Shown here: piece by piece, positions 37,306 through 49,490 of the stretch | How the letters are laid out: every line of letters starts with the position of its first letter | Position numbering within the stretch: position 1 is the first letter of the stretch | From: Felis catus | Lineage: Eukaryota | Assembly: GCF_018350175.1 (NCBI RefSeq) | Contig: NC_058368.1 | Location: 92,320,001 to 92,384,000, forward strand | Length of the DNA: 64,000 bases | Direction: 5' to 3' | Program-made: the position numbers and the translations under genes | The notes under the pieces: generated by a model | Database searches by the model: none | Told to the model about the DNA's origin: nothing | The model's input: only the letters and a program-made list of their open reading frames with translations

Positions 37306-38467
37306 TTTGTGGGCACAAATATGAATATGTAAGCGTGTGTACAAACCTCACTTTTTGCATAAGTGGACACCACTGCATTCTCCTCTAATTCTCTTTCAGA
37401 GTTTGGACCCCCTCGAAATGAGGGAGCTGGGGTCAACCCAGCTAGTCCTGTGCAGGAATGTCTGACGATGTAGCAGGCCCTCATAAAGGTGTGATTCATT
37501 GACTTGTGGGACAGTGGGAAGAGGCCATGGGGAGGCCCAGAGGATGAGCTTCTCTTCTGGTGGGAAGTGGAAATTTTGGCTTACAGGGAGTTGGAACCCC
37601 CAAAGCAGGACCTGCAGATCCTGCAGCTAAAATGTTGCGTCTCAGCAGACTGACTCCACCTACCCACTTCAATGTCAAGGACCCCAGTGGGAAAGGCTTT
37701 TTTTTTTTCTTTTCTTAGCTTGGTGGAGAGGTAGTCTTGTTTCCCCTACTTTGCCAGCGTGTCACAGTCTTCTTGAAGGCCACACTCCACTCTCCTCTAC
37801 TGCTTGCCACTCTTTTCCCCATCTATGAGCAAAGATAAGGGTGAATCGCTTTGATTCCAAGGTGAGCACGTTGTCTGTTCAGTTCAGAACTCCCCTCCCC
37901 GACCTTGGGGCCCACATCAGCAGAGAAATGGTGTTTAGTGAGAATGTAGCCACAATTCCTCGGAAGCTGAATGTACAATTTCACGGCATGTAAATGTGGT
38001 GTGTGAGCTGTCAGAGTCGGTTATGCTGGGGCTCCCAAGGATGCTTTCAAGGTTGTGTGTGTCCGCCAGCAATGGGATTTATGTCGTGGGATGTTTTTTG
38101 TCTTATTTATGTGTATTATACTATTTATGCTGCTAAGCATAAAGTCTGGCCTTGACTCTGTAGCGATTTGTGATACGGTATCCCCTCTGGAAGCAGTTTC
38201 TGGTGTTGATGTCACGTGAGGCTTTTGCTGAGGAATAAAATCGTGTGGCCAGGAAGACACGTAGAGTATTTCTCTTTGGTTTGCCTTTATGTCTGGTTTC
38301 CTTAATAGGCTCTTGGTTCAAAGTACGCCCAGGATAGAGATGGAAGGTGAAGAAAAGTGATAATGGGATGCCAGGTGTCCTTGTTCCCTAGTAACTTGGA
38401 TGAATGTCAGCGAGCTCTTACGTAGTGGAGAAGAGAGGGATGAAATTCAAGCTTTTGGGGCACTTTT

Positions 38468-38713
38468 TATTTTTTTTTATTTTTTTTTATTTTTTTAAAA
38501 TTTCTTTTTTTTAACATTTATTTATTTTTGAGACAGAGAGAGACAGAGCATGAATGGGGGAGGGGCAGAGAGAGAAGGAGACACAGAATCAGAAACAGTC
38601 TCCAGGCTCTGAGCTGTCAGCCCAGAGCCTGACGCGGGGCTCGAACTCACGGACCGGGAGATCGTGACCTGGCTGAAGTCGGACGCTTAACCGACTGCGC
38701 CACCCAGGCGCCG
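38468..38713 (-). mobile_element. Young Can-SINE
   Basis: TSD gcttttgggg(g)cactttt. Confidence 0.96.
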
Positions 38714-38744
38714 CTTTTGGGGCACTTTTAATCATGCTCTGTCC

Positions 38745-38795
38745 TTCGTGGGTTCAAGCCCCACGTTGGATGTAGAGCTTACTAAAAACAAAAAT
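38745..38795 (+). mobile_element. 5'-truncated short SINE fragment
   Basis: gtgggttcaagccccacgttggatgtagagcttactaaaaacaaaaa. Confidence 0.75.
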
Positions 38796-38899
38796 CACAT
38801 CCCACAAGTGCCTAGAAGTTGGGAGGGAAATGGTGGGGTAGATGAAACACTCAAATCCTCTATACATGTGCAGAGTGTGCACTTTGGGAACGGGTTCCT

Positions 38900-39136
38900 T
38901 TTTTTTTTTTTTTTAATTTTTTATGTTCATTTATTTTTGAGAGAGAGACAGAGACAGAGACAGAGACAGAGTGTGAATGGGGGAGGGCAGAGAGAGAGGG
39001 AGACACAGAATCCGAAGCAGGCTCCAGGCTCTGAGCTGTCAGCACAGAGCCCGACGCGGGGCTCGAACCCACGAACCGTGAGATCATGACCTGAGTCGAA
39101 GTCGGCCGCTTAACTGACTGAGCCACCCAGGTGCCC
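38900..39136 (-). mobile_element. Can-SINE
   Basis: SINE motifs. Confidence 0.95.
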
Positions 39137-39142
39137 CCCCCC

Positions 39143-39328
39143 TTTTTTTAATGTTTATTTATTTTTTGGAGACAGAGACAGAGTATGAGTGGGGGTGGGC
39201 AGAGAGAGAGGGAGACACAGAATCCGAAGCAGGCTCCAGGCTCTGAGCTGTTAGCACAGAGCCTGATGCAGGGCTTGAACCTATGAACCATGAGATCATG
39301 ACCGGAGCCGACGCCACCCAGGCACCCC
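39143..39328 (-). mobile_element. Can-SINE (tandem with previous)
   Basis: SINE motifs. Confidence 0.92.
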
Positions 39329-39611
39329 GGGAACCAGTTCTGTATGAACTGTTTCACAGATGGTAGTAGGTCATTATCCCTTAGGAATATTCAGGAAGGC
39401 ATTGGGGAAGAGTCTGGGGACCCTAATATGTCTCAGAACTCACAAAATGGTTGCGACAGAAGTTATCACCTTGTAAGACCCTTTGCGAGGTAGGGGAGGA
39501 GGAGATTTGGGGCTTCCCGGTGTCATATGAAACCATCACGTGAAACCGTGGAAACAGACTTATGTGGTCTAAGCATCATGTTCATGGCGGTCAAGGGATT
39601 TCCCACTTCTT

Positions 39612-39836
39612 TTTTTTTTTAATTTTTTTTTTTCAACGTTTATTTATTTTTGGGACAGAGAGAGACAGAGCATGAACGGGGGAGGGGCAGAGAGAGAGGG
39701 AGACACAGAATCGGAAACAGGCTCCAGGCTCTGAGCCATCAGCCCAGAGCCCGATGCGGGGCTCGAACTCCCGGACTGCGAGATCGTGACCTGGCTGAAG
39801 TCGGATGCTTAACCGACTGCGCCACCCAGGCGCCCC
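39612..39836 (-). mobile_element. Young Can-SINE
   Basis: Perfect TSD gggatttcccacttctt at 39595-39611 and 39837-39853. Confidence 0.97.
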
Positions 39837-39984
39837 GGGATTTCCCACTTCTTATAAATCTGGCTTGATTATAGGAAATGAGAGCACGCGCTTTAGCATC
39901 TTTGGCACCTGTGTAAGTCTTCTCAGGTTACACATCTCTTTCTAGGTACTCAATGCACAATTTAATAAAAATTAATATTTATTT

Positions 39985-40099
39985 GTTAAAAAAATTGAAA
40001 AAAAAATTTAAGTAGGCCCCACGTCCAACATGGGGCTTGATCTCACCACCTTGGGATTAAGGGCCACGTGCTCTACTTACCGAGCCAGCCAGGCACCCC
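39985..40099 (-). mobile_element. Short older Can-SINE
   Basis: TSD ctcaatgcacaatttt. Confidence 0.85.
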
Positions 40100-40303
40100 T
40101 CAATGCACAATTTTTTATTTTTGTGTCAATGGTTAACTTATAAATTAGCTTTTCCTATGGGTCCTTCATTTTTCTTCCTCCGCTACAGTTCCCTCAAAAG
40201 TGATGCAATTTGGTGATGGAGAAAGAGTATATATGAAGGGGGTTTTTATTATGATGATTATTTAAGCTTAGAGAAGGAAGGTATCAATTTTTGATCAAAA
40301 TTG

Positions 40304-40537
40304 TATTTTTTTATTAAAATTTTTTTTGGTGTTTATTTTTTAGAGAGAGAGAGAGAGAGAGAGACAGAGTGTGAGTGGGGGAGGGGCAGAGAGAGAGAGC
40401 GAGACACAGAATCTGAAGCAGGCTCCAGGCTCTGAGCTTTCAGTACAGACCCTGACACGGGGCTCGAACTCACGAACCAAAAGATCATGCCCTGAGCCGA
40501 AGTCTAATGCTTAACTGACTGAGCCACCCAGTGACCC
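40304..40537 (-). mobile_element. Can-SINE
   Basis: SINE motifs. Confidence 0.93.
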
Positions 40538-41534
40538 AAAATCTTACTGTATTTAACCCAAAATTTTTTTTTGCAGCCTCATGACCATGCAATCTAGAGA
40601 GATTTCAAAGTCTTGACTTGAGCACACGCCGTAATTAGGAGGTATTACTAGGTTAATTAGAAGCTGTGGCTCTTAATGATTCAAAATTGTTCAGGGAAGA
40701 AAATTGCAAGAGAAGAGAGAGTCCAGGGAGAGGATGTGTCTCTGAAAGCTGCTCTCCCATGAAGGTCATGCTATTGTTACAGCAAGATGTGATTGTGTTC
40801 GTGTTAGAAATGTTCATTAGGCCTGCTTTGTATCAGCTGTGTTAAGTGAACAGTGATGTATTTATTAAAATAATTTCCATTCATTGACTAAATCAAAGCT
40901 AAAGTATGAAACCAGCTTTGACCCTGATATTATTGGTTAATTGGTCTCCTTGAAATCCAGTCCTCCCTCAAATACTCTGTCTCCTGGACTGATGTCTATA
41001 GATCCCTTTTGCTGGTTCCTCCTCCTTTGTCTGCTCTTGCTGTGTGGCTGATATCGTGGTTCGTGAGTTCGAGCCCCATAGCAGGCTTGGATCTGCCTGC
41101 TCCCTGCATGGTTGATACCAGTTCTGTCCCCATGTCTAAAAACCACCATTCTAGCCCATATCCTTGTCTGGAGCCCTCGATCCACACATGTGACTGATGC
41201 CTGATCAGCCTCTCAGACGCAGTACATCCCTTGAATTCATAACTGACCCTGTCCACACATCTGCTCTCATTTCCAGAGAAATAGGGTATCGACTTTGACT
41301 CTTGTCTCCCCCTAATTCAGCAAAGCCATGCAGGCATCAACTCCTGTAGATACTGTCTCCTTAATTCTTTCAAATCTATCCACCTTTTCAATTTCGCAGT
41401 GCTATGACTATTGGTCCCTTGTCCTAGGTCTGCCCCAGGCTGCTTTGAATACTTCAGTCCTCTGCCAACCCACTCAGGGCCTCAGGAGCACAAGGGTTCG
41501 TTCCTCTTTCCTCACTTTTATTCCTTTCGTGTGG

Positions 41535-42201
41535 TGAAGCCAACTTATAAACTAAGCCTGGCCTCATGGATATAGTTTTTTATCCACTTGGACTGGATTG
41601 GAACCCTGGGGAGAGTCAGCAGAGCCGTGGTGCCCTGGAACAAGCTAACACGTTGGCAATTCCCATCTGGGGGACCTCCCTCGGGCAAGTCTTGCAGAAT
41701 TACCTTTTTGTATGTGACCTTCTGCTTTCCATTTCTTATATTTTCATATTTATTTTTTGAACTTTTTAAAAAAGTTTATTAATTTATTTTGAGAGCGAGC
41801 GAGCATGTGCGCATGAGTCAGAGAGGGGCAGAGACAGAGAGAGACAGGGAGAGAGAGAGGGAGAGAGAGAATCCCAAGCAGGCTCCACGCTGTCAGCATG
41901 GAACCCGATGTGGGGCTCAAACCCATGAACTGTGAGATCATGGTCTGAGCTGAAATCAAGAGTCAGATGCTTAACCGACTGAGCCACCCAGGTGCCCTAT
42001 TTTCATATTTAATAAAAGGTGTGGCTTGGTGCTCCCAGCATCCTTTCTTGGCACCTACCCAGCTGTTCCTTGGTCATAACCTCTAATAACCCAAGGGCCA
42101 GTTGATTTCCTTCCAAATGGTTTGCTTCTGCGACCAAAACTTTGTAAGAAATAGAAGCTCCTTTCTCCTTATATTTATCTAAGTTGGCTGTAACTGACCC
42201 A
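41535..42201 (+). mobile_element. Probable ERV solo LTR split by a SINE
   Basis: Starts tgaagccaac, ends gtaactgaccca, TATA-like aataaaagg; family not resolved. Confidence 0.4.
41748..41997 (-). mobile_element. Can-SINE
   Basis: TSD tattttcatattta. Confidence 0.94.
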
Positions 42202-42269
42202 TCTGTTTTTATTTTCTCCTTCTTCCTCCTTTTCCTCCTTATTTTTCTTCTTTATTGATTTTTACTGTA

Positions 42270-42497
42270 TTTTTTAAGTTTTTAAAAAATTTGTTTATTT
42301 TGAGAGAGAGAGAGTACGAGTGTGAGGGTACAAGTGGGGGAGGGACAGAGAGAGAGAAGGGAGAGAGAAAATCCCAAGCAGGCTCCACACTGTCAGCATG
42401 GAACCTGATGCAGGGCTTTAGTTCTCGAACCATGAGATCATGACCTTAGCCCAAACCAAGAGTCGGACGTTTAACCAACTGAGCCACCCAGGCGCCC
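42270..42497 (-). mobile_element. Can-SINE
   Basis: SINE motifs. Confidence 0.93.
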
Positions 42498-42657
42498 AGG
42501 CAGAGAAACTTTTTGAGCTGAATTTGTATTTACTCATTTCTCAAGTCCTTTTTAGTTTTTCTTTTATATTTTATTGCTTATCATTCTCTCACTTATCTCC
42601 ATTTTTAATACTCCTTACTTTTTTGCTTAATTTGTCTCCGCTTTTTTCCTTTATGAG

Positions 42658-42888
42658 TTTATTTTATTTTTTTTTAAGTTTTTTTCTTTTTAATGTTTAT
42701 TTAATTTTGAGAGTGTAAGAGGGGGAGGGGCAAAGAGGGTGGTGGCAGGGAGAGAGGGAGAGAGAGAGAATCCCAAGCAGGCTTCAAGCTGTCAGTGAAG
42801 AGCCCTGTGTGCGGCTCGAAACCACGAACCGTGAGATCATGACCTGAGCTGAAGTCGGATGCTTAACTGACTGAACCACCCAGGTGCC
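42658..42888 (-). mobile_element. Can-SINE
   Basis: SINE motifs. Confidence 0.92.
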
Positions 42889-42919
42889 TTCCACTTTTAT
42901 TTTCTATTAGAACTACCAA

Positions 42920-43113
42920 GGGGCACCTGGGTGGCTCAGACTTCGGTTCAGGTCATCATCTCACAGTTTGTGTGTTCAAGCCCTATGTTGGGCTCTGTGC
43001 TGACAGCTCAGAGCCCGGAGCCTGCTTTGGATTCTGTGTCTCCCTCTGTCTCTGCCCCTCACCCACTCACACTCTGTCTCTCAAAAATAAATAAATGTAA
43101 AAAAAAAAAAAAA
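42920..43113 (+). mobile_element. Can-SINE
   Basis: TSD agaactacc. Confidence 0.93.
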
Positions 43114-43150
43114 AGAACTACCTTATTTCACTTTAGAGGCTCTTCTTTCT

Positions 43151-43375
43151 TTTTTTTTTTTAATTTTTTTTTAACGTTTATTTTATTTTTGAGACAGAGA
43201 GAGACAGAGCATGAACGGGGGAGGGGCAGAGAGAGAGGGAGACACAGAATCGGAAGCAGGCTCCAGGCTCTGAGCCATCAGCCCAGAGCCCGACGCGGGG
43301 CTCGAACCCACGGACCGCGAGATCGTGACCTGGCTGAAGTCGGACGCTTAACCGACTGCGCCACCCAGGCGCCCC
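43151..43375 (-). mobile_element. Young Can-SINE
   Basis: Perfect TSD tagaggctcttctttct at 43134-43150 and 43376-43392. Confidence 0.97.
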
Positions 43376-43569
43376 TAGAGGCTCTTCTTTCTATGTCACT
43401 TAATCTTATCTCTCAACCGTCTCACCTTGAACCTTTGATTTTAGCCATAATGAATTGTTTGCAGATCCTTAGGTTTAATAACTGGTGTGATCTTTCTGGA
43501 GCCCTCTCTCGGTCATGCTCTCCATCCAATTGCTTTAACTCCACCTATTCCGTTTTCAAAAGTCGTCCC

Positions 43570-43790
43570 GGGGCGCCTGGGTGGCTCAGTCGGTTGAGCG
43601 GCCGACTTCGGCTCAGGTCACGATCTCACAGTCCGTGAGTTCGAGCCCCGCGTCGGGCTCTGTGCTGACAGCTCAGAGCCTGGAGCCTTCTTCGGATTCT
43701 GTGTCTCCCCCTCTCTCTGAACCTCCCCCGTTCATGCTCTGTCTCTCTCTGCCTCAAAAATAAATAAACATTAAAAAAAAAATTTTAAAA
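43570..43790 (+). mobile_element. Can-SINE (CpG-rich)
   Basis: TSD aaaagtcgtccc. Confidence 0.95.
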
Positions 43791-44152
43791 GTCGTCCCTG
43801 GTGTGAACCCAGGAATCCTTTGCCATGGAGACCTTCCTGCTCCTTCCCACAGTAAAATTGACCTCTTTCTCTTTCAAATCCCTGGTGTGGCCTGCACATG
43901 GTTCTCAAGAGCATCAGGTAACATTATGGAACATAATGGAATCTAACCCCACACCACATAGTCTCTCCTGTGTTCTGGGATCTGCTCTGAGCACTTACAC
44001 GGACCACTTGCCAGGTTAATATATCTGTCTCCCCGTTGAGCAGCGAAAGTCTTAGGAATAATTTAAAGTTATTAGCTTTTCATTATACAAATAATAGAGG
44101 CAGTTGGAGGAGAAATACCTATTCTCAACACAAATTTAAACTACCTGTGTTT

Positions 44153-44268
44153 GGGTGCCTGGGTGGCTCAGTTGCTTTAGCATCCGACTTTGGGTCAGGT
44201 CATGATTTCATGGTTCCTGAGTTGGAGCCCCACATTGGTTGAGTGAGTGTGAGCCCCACTCCGGGCTC

Positions 44269-44303
<35 letters not shown>

Positions 44304-44385
44304 CCTCTCTCTGCACCTCATGGGATTCTGTCTCCCTGTCTCTGCCCCTCAGTCATGCTCTCTCTCTCAATCTGAAAAATAAAAC
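44153..44385 (+). mobile_element. Can-SINE with internal rearrangement
   Basis: TSD tacctgtgtttg; duplicated internal gagccccac segment. Confidence 0.88.
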
Positions 44386-44539
44386 AAATTACCTGTGTTT
44401 GTATTCATATACTCTGTTTTCCATCGGCTTTGGCTTCTAAGACCAATCCCTCTATTTCCCTTCTGAAGCCACCCTGTCTCACTTTCTCAGGGACCACGTC
44501 TCTATGGTTATTTGCTTTATTTCTTGCATCTTCTAGTGG

Positions 44540-45005
44540 GCTGGTGAACAGCTCATATAGCCAGTTTTCAAATCTTGGCTCTGCAACTAACTGTGCGACT
44601 TGGAGCCAATTACTTGACTTCTCTGGGCCTCAGTAATGTAGTCTTTAAAAATGGTGACACTTTTGGAAATTAAACTAAGCAATACTGGGGTGCCTGAATG
44701 GCTCAGTCGGTTAAGTGTCAGGCTCTTGCTTTTGCTTAGGTCGTGATCTCACGGTTTGTGGGTTCGACCCCACGTCGGACTCTGTGCTGAAGTGCACAGC
44801 CTGCTTGGGATTCTCTCTCTCTCCCTTTCTCTCTGTGCTCCCTGCTCTTGTGCGTGTGCAAGTGTGCATGCATGCGTGTGCATGCTCTCTCTCTCTCTCA
44901 AAATAAAGAAATACACTTAAAAAAAAATCAACTAAGCAATACTAGCAAGTGTGTGGGCCAGTGCCTGGCACAGTGTAAATGCTGAATAAGTGCTAATTAG
45001 CAGAT
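44540..45005 (+). mobile_element. MIR split by a SINE
   Basis: ttcaaatcttggctctgcaactaactgtgcgacttgg...ctctgggcctcag...agtgcctggcacagtgtaaatgct. Confidence 0.8.
44687..44928 (+). mobile_element. Can-SINE nested in MIR
   Basis: TSD aactaagcaatact. Confidence 0.93.
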
Positions 45006-45079
45006 TATTAAAACCCACATGTAACAGCATATAAAATGCCTCATTATCATGCATTAATAAACATCCCTTGGGCTCTTGT

Positions 45080-46390
45080 CCCCCTCCAGCTACTGCCCCG
45101 TTTTCATCTCTGCTTTGCGGCGAAAGTGGTTGAAAGAGTTGCTTGTTATACATGCTGTCTTGTTCTCATTTTCCTTCCCTCCTTAACTCAGTGGATTGGG
45201 GCTTTCATCCAAACCACTCTGGTGAAGCGGCTCCTTCATTGTCACCAGTGATTATACCATGTCAGGGTCCATTGTCAGTTTTTCCTTGTCCCAGCTGACC
45301 TCTTAACAGAAGTGGATGTGGCTGATGATCGCCTTGTTGAAATGCTTTCTTCTTTGGGCTTCAGTGACCCGGTCAGCCTGGTTTCCCCACTTTTTGGGCC
45401 CCTTCTTCTCAGTCTTGATGCTGGCCCTTCTCTTCTCCCCCAGCCCTCTGACAGTAGGAGTCCTCCAGTCACTCGGTCTTTGGTCCAGTTCTTTTTTTTA
45501 AGGTTTATTTATTTTTGAAAGAGACAGTGCTAGTGGGGGAGGGGCAGAGAAAGAAGGAGCCACAGAATCCAAAGCAGGCTCTGCGCAGTCTGTGCAAAGC
45601 CTGACGTGGGGCTCGAACCCACAAACCGTGAGATCGTGACCTGAGCAGAAGTCGGACACTCAGCCAGCAGAGCCACCCAGACGCCCCTCCTTGGCCCTGT
45701 TCTTTATCCGTATTTTCTTCCTCCCTGATATGACCTAGTCCCGTGGCTTTGAGCACCATTTATGTGTTGGTGAATCCTCAAATTTATATTTCCAGCCCCA
45801 AGTCTCTTCCCTGGACTCCCTGCTTAGATATTGAGCTGATTGGTGCCATAGGAATGCCTGACAGGCCTCTGGGATGTACTAGATCCAAAATAGAGCCATT
45901 TCATTCCTCTCCTTCCAAGTTGCCCCTCCCCAGGTAAATGGCACACCATCCATTCTCGGCGGCAGCCTAGGTGTGCTCCTTCGCTGCTTTCTTACCTTGA
46001 TTCCCCATCAGTCAAAATGCCCGTAATCAGTGCATGACTTCCAGTCCACAGCTCTACTTTTCTGCTCCTCCTTTGGTCTTCCTGCCCTGTCCTTCTCAGG
46101 CGTCAATCAGGTCGTGTCAGTCTTGCTTGAAACACTTGAAAACTTCCATTATACTTAGAATAAAATCTGGTCTCCTTGACATGGCCTGGAAGACCTCACC
46201 TGAACCTGTTCTTTGCTAGCCCTGGGACCTCATTTTCTTCTGCTTTCTTCCTTGCTCTCTTTAATATAGCTGCTTTGGATCTCTTTGACCTTGAACATGT
46301 CAACCTTATTTTGGTGTCAGGGCCTCTGCATTGGGTTTTCTTTACCTGGATCTTTACACGGGTGCCGCCTTCTCATACAGATATCCATTG
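45080..46390 (+). mobile_element. L2 fragment including decayed RT region
   Basis: ORF 45312 DVADDRLVEMLSSLGFSD resembles L2 RT FDTVDHSLLLETLSSLGF; downstream L2 3' motifs (tcagggcctctgcattgg). Confidence 0.82.
45493..45687 (-). mobile_element. Can-SINE nested in L2
   Basis: SINE motifs. Confidence 0.92.
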
Positions 46391-46489
46391 AAAAGTAGTA
46401 ATAGGTATAGACAGCATTGTCTATATTTACTTAACTTAGAACTCTTAATTTAAAAATTACCTTTCACAGATCTGTATTTTATTTACTTA

Positions 46490-46698
46490 TTATTTTCTTA
46501 AGTTTATTTTTTTTATTTTGAGAGAGACATGTGCATGAGTTGGGGAGGGGCAGAAAGAGAGGGAAAGCGAGATTCCCAAGCTGGCTCTTAGCTCTCACCA
46601 CAAAGCTGGATATGGGGCTTGAACTTACTAACTGTGAGATCGTGACCTGAGCCAAAATCCAGAGTCAGGTGCTTAACCAACAGCCACCCAGGTGCCCC
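46490..46698 (-). mobile_element. Can-SINE
   Basis: SINE motifs. Confidence 0.92.
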
Positions 46699-46746
46699 TT
46701 ATTTAATTTTATTTTTATATTAATTAATTAATTAATTCATTCATTC

Positions 46747-46854
46747 ATTTTTAAGTTGAGCCCAATGTAGGGCTTGAATCTATGACCCTGAGATCAAGTC
46801 CTGAGCTGAGATCAAGTGTCCGACACTTAACCAACTGAATTACCCATGCGCCCC
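46747..46854 (-). mobile_element. Short Can-SINE
   Basis: SINE head motifs. Confidence 0.88.
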
Positions 46855-46882
46855 AGTATTTTATTTATTATTTTATTAACAA

Positions 46883-47090
46883 TTTTTTTTAATGTTTATT
46901 TATTTTTGAGCAAAAGAGAGACAGATTACGAGGGGGGAGGAGCAGAGAGAGAGGGAGACACAGAATCTGAAGCAGCCTCCAGGCTCTGAGCTGTCAGCAC
47001 AGAGCCTGATGCAGGGCTCGAACTCGTGGACTCATGGATCATGACCCAAGCTGAAGTCAGACGCTTAACCACCGAGCCACCCAGGCGCCC
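46883..47090 (-). mobile_element. Can-SINE
   Basis: SINE motifs. Confidence 0.93.
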
Positions 47091-48875
47091 TGCAGTATTT
47101 TATTTTTAATAACTGTTATGAATTAGAGGTATAACTTACTTTTCTCCTTAGATTTAGCCACACATTCTGAAGCCATTTATTCGATAGATAATTCTTTTCT
47201 CTGCTGATTTGAGATGCCAATCGTGGACACCTAGTTTGCTTTTACTGGCATTTCTGGTGAAAGAATTGGTGAGTGTACTTAACTCAGATCCGGACTTCAC
47301 TGCATGGCCACCACGAGCCCTGGATTGTGGTCAGGGTTTCTCCTTGGTTGAACAGTTCTCTGACTCTAAAAAATTTTAATTTTATGATGGCATCTACTAT
47401 CCAAAGGGGCATATTAATGAACGGTTATGACTATCTTATGAACATTATAAGAAATGTCCAAATGTTAAAGTTAACGTCCAACCTGTTAACTACCTTCTTA
47501 TCTCTGAAATGATTTTCAAGCTCCTTCAGCTCTAAATCTTGTGGCTCTAGGCTTGGTCTTCTTAAAAGCTTTTTCCTTGTTTTTGAATGAACTCAACGCA
47601 AGATAGTCTATAGTTTCCATACTACATTCTTTGCTTTAGAGATGAGAGTCTAGGAGCTCTACCACTTACAGGTATTACTTTCTCTGGAAAAGCATTAGGC
47701 ATTTGTCAACATCCAAGACCTAGTGTTTATACTCTTCCAGGTTCTAAACTTTCCCTTACCTGCATCTGTGTTCCCCTTTCCTACCTCAACTGCTGCATTT
47801 TTTTTTTTTTTTAATATACGACCAGACAAAATGTTGGTAATTGTGGACACCCCGGAAGTATCCTGGAATTGTGCATGCTTTACTTTTCTTCTCCTATTAA
47901 CAGTGGAAATTTCTGATCTTTGGAACGAAACTGAAATGCAGATATATCAGTGTTTTCTCAAGGTCTTTTTTTTTTTTCTCTTCAAATTGCTGTGCTTGAA
48001 TTTGTACCTTATTTGGACAATTTCCATATTGAAAGGCTCAGAAGGCTCTACTCTGTGACTTCTTTTTTGCCCTCTGAGAAAAAGGTCTAAACATTTTAAA
48101 TGGAAATAGCAAGCCTATTATGTAGGAAGTGTGGTTGTAAAGCAGAATGACATTTTGATAACAGAAAGCAAGAAAACTCCCGAACACAGCCTGCCTTCCC
48201 TATTCTCAGCGCTAAATAAATAATGCATTTTTCAAAGCCTCTGTCTTTGGATGCAAACCTACTTTTTGGTAAAAGAGAAAGGCATTTCGACTCTATTATT
48301 GGCCTTTGGATTGTTTCTGTTTTCCGCCAATCCTGAAATTGCAGTCAGTCGGGTACTTTTTCTTGTGACAGATTGGAAACCAGAAGGGAGCTTATGAATT
48401 CAAACAGAGAAATAGGAGCTAAAAATGTCTTTAAAGCCCTTCTTTGCACATTTTCTCTTTAGAATTTATAGCGTACATTAATTTTCTGATAGAGTGAATT
48501 ATGAGATGCCGAGCCTTATATAAAGTTAATAGAAGGCATGCTTTATTTTGAATCCTGACCTATTTTTAAACTTATTTATTTTAATCATTGGCGTTCGGTT
48601 ATACAATTTGTGGCCTGATTGCAATGGGACTTCTGAAATCAGCACTCCCATGCCTCCTTGACTATCAATGCCTGGTTTGTTTGTTTCTACACTCGATTCC
48701 TTATTGATGATCTATGATCACTAACCTTTCCTGAGTTTGTAGTACCATCCGGATGTCTCATTCAAAGTCCATGGAGTGGAAATTATGCATTTCTTTTTAT
48801 GGTTGGGCATAATTTTGGGGGTTCCTGATGGACACAACTCCTGTTTCAATATCTTCCTTTTGAAATATATATTTC

Positions 48876-48897
48876 TTTAAAAAAATGTTTACTTATT

Positions 48898-48937
<40 letters not shown>

Positions 48938-49091
48938 CATGTGCAAGGAGGGGAGGGGCAGAGAGGGGCCAGAGGATCTGAAGCAGGCTCTATGCTGACA
49001 GCAGAAAGCCTGATGTGGGGCTCAAACCCATGAACCACGAGATCATGATCTGAGCCAAAGTCCGATAACCAACTGAGCCACCCAGGCACCT
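48876..49091 (-). mobile_element. Can-SINE
   Basis: SINE motifs. Confidence 0.92.
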
Positions 49092-49172
49092 CTGAAATAG
49101 ACGTTTCAAATCCAGTAAGTATCAATCTGGGAAAGCAGTGCTTATGTTTGAAATGTTTAGTGGGTGGGGGGA

Positions 49173-49490
49173 TTTGGTGGACACTTTCGGTGTCCTGTGC
49201 CCTTGTCCCCTTTACCCATGAATGAATGAATTTATTTATTTTGAATGAATTTATTTATTTTGAGAAAGAGAGAGAGAGCCCTCGAGCCAATGGGGGAGGG
49301 GTAGAGAGAGAGGAGGAAGGAAGGAGAATCACAAGCAGGTTCTGTACTGTCAGCGCAGAGCCTGTGGGATCATGACCTGAGCCTAAGTCAAGAGTCGGAT
49401 GCTTAACTGACTGAGCCACCCAGGCGCCCCTACCTGTGAATTTAAATCTCTGGGTTCAGACTCTGCTTCTGGAGAACCTGGCCTACAACG
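49173..49490 (+). mobile_element. Internally deleted ERVL 5' LTR (LTR16-like) containing a SINE
   Basis: Start tttggtggacact..., end cagactctgcttctggagaacctggcctacaac, followed directly by a gttggtcccagaag leader. Confidence 0.6.
49228..49430 (-). mobile_element. Can-SINE
   Basis: SINE motifs. Confidence 0.9.

Noticed and set aside
42931..43638. Longest ORF (235 aa)
   Set aside because: It reads through three SINEs and their A/T tails; the peptides are SINE translations that recur across the window.
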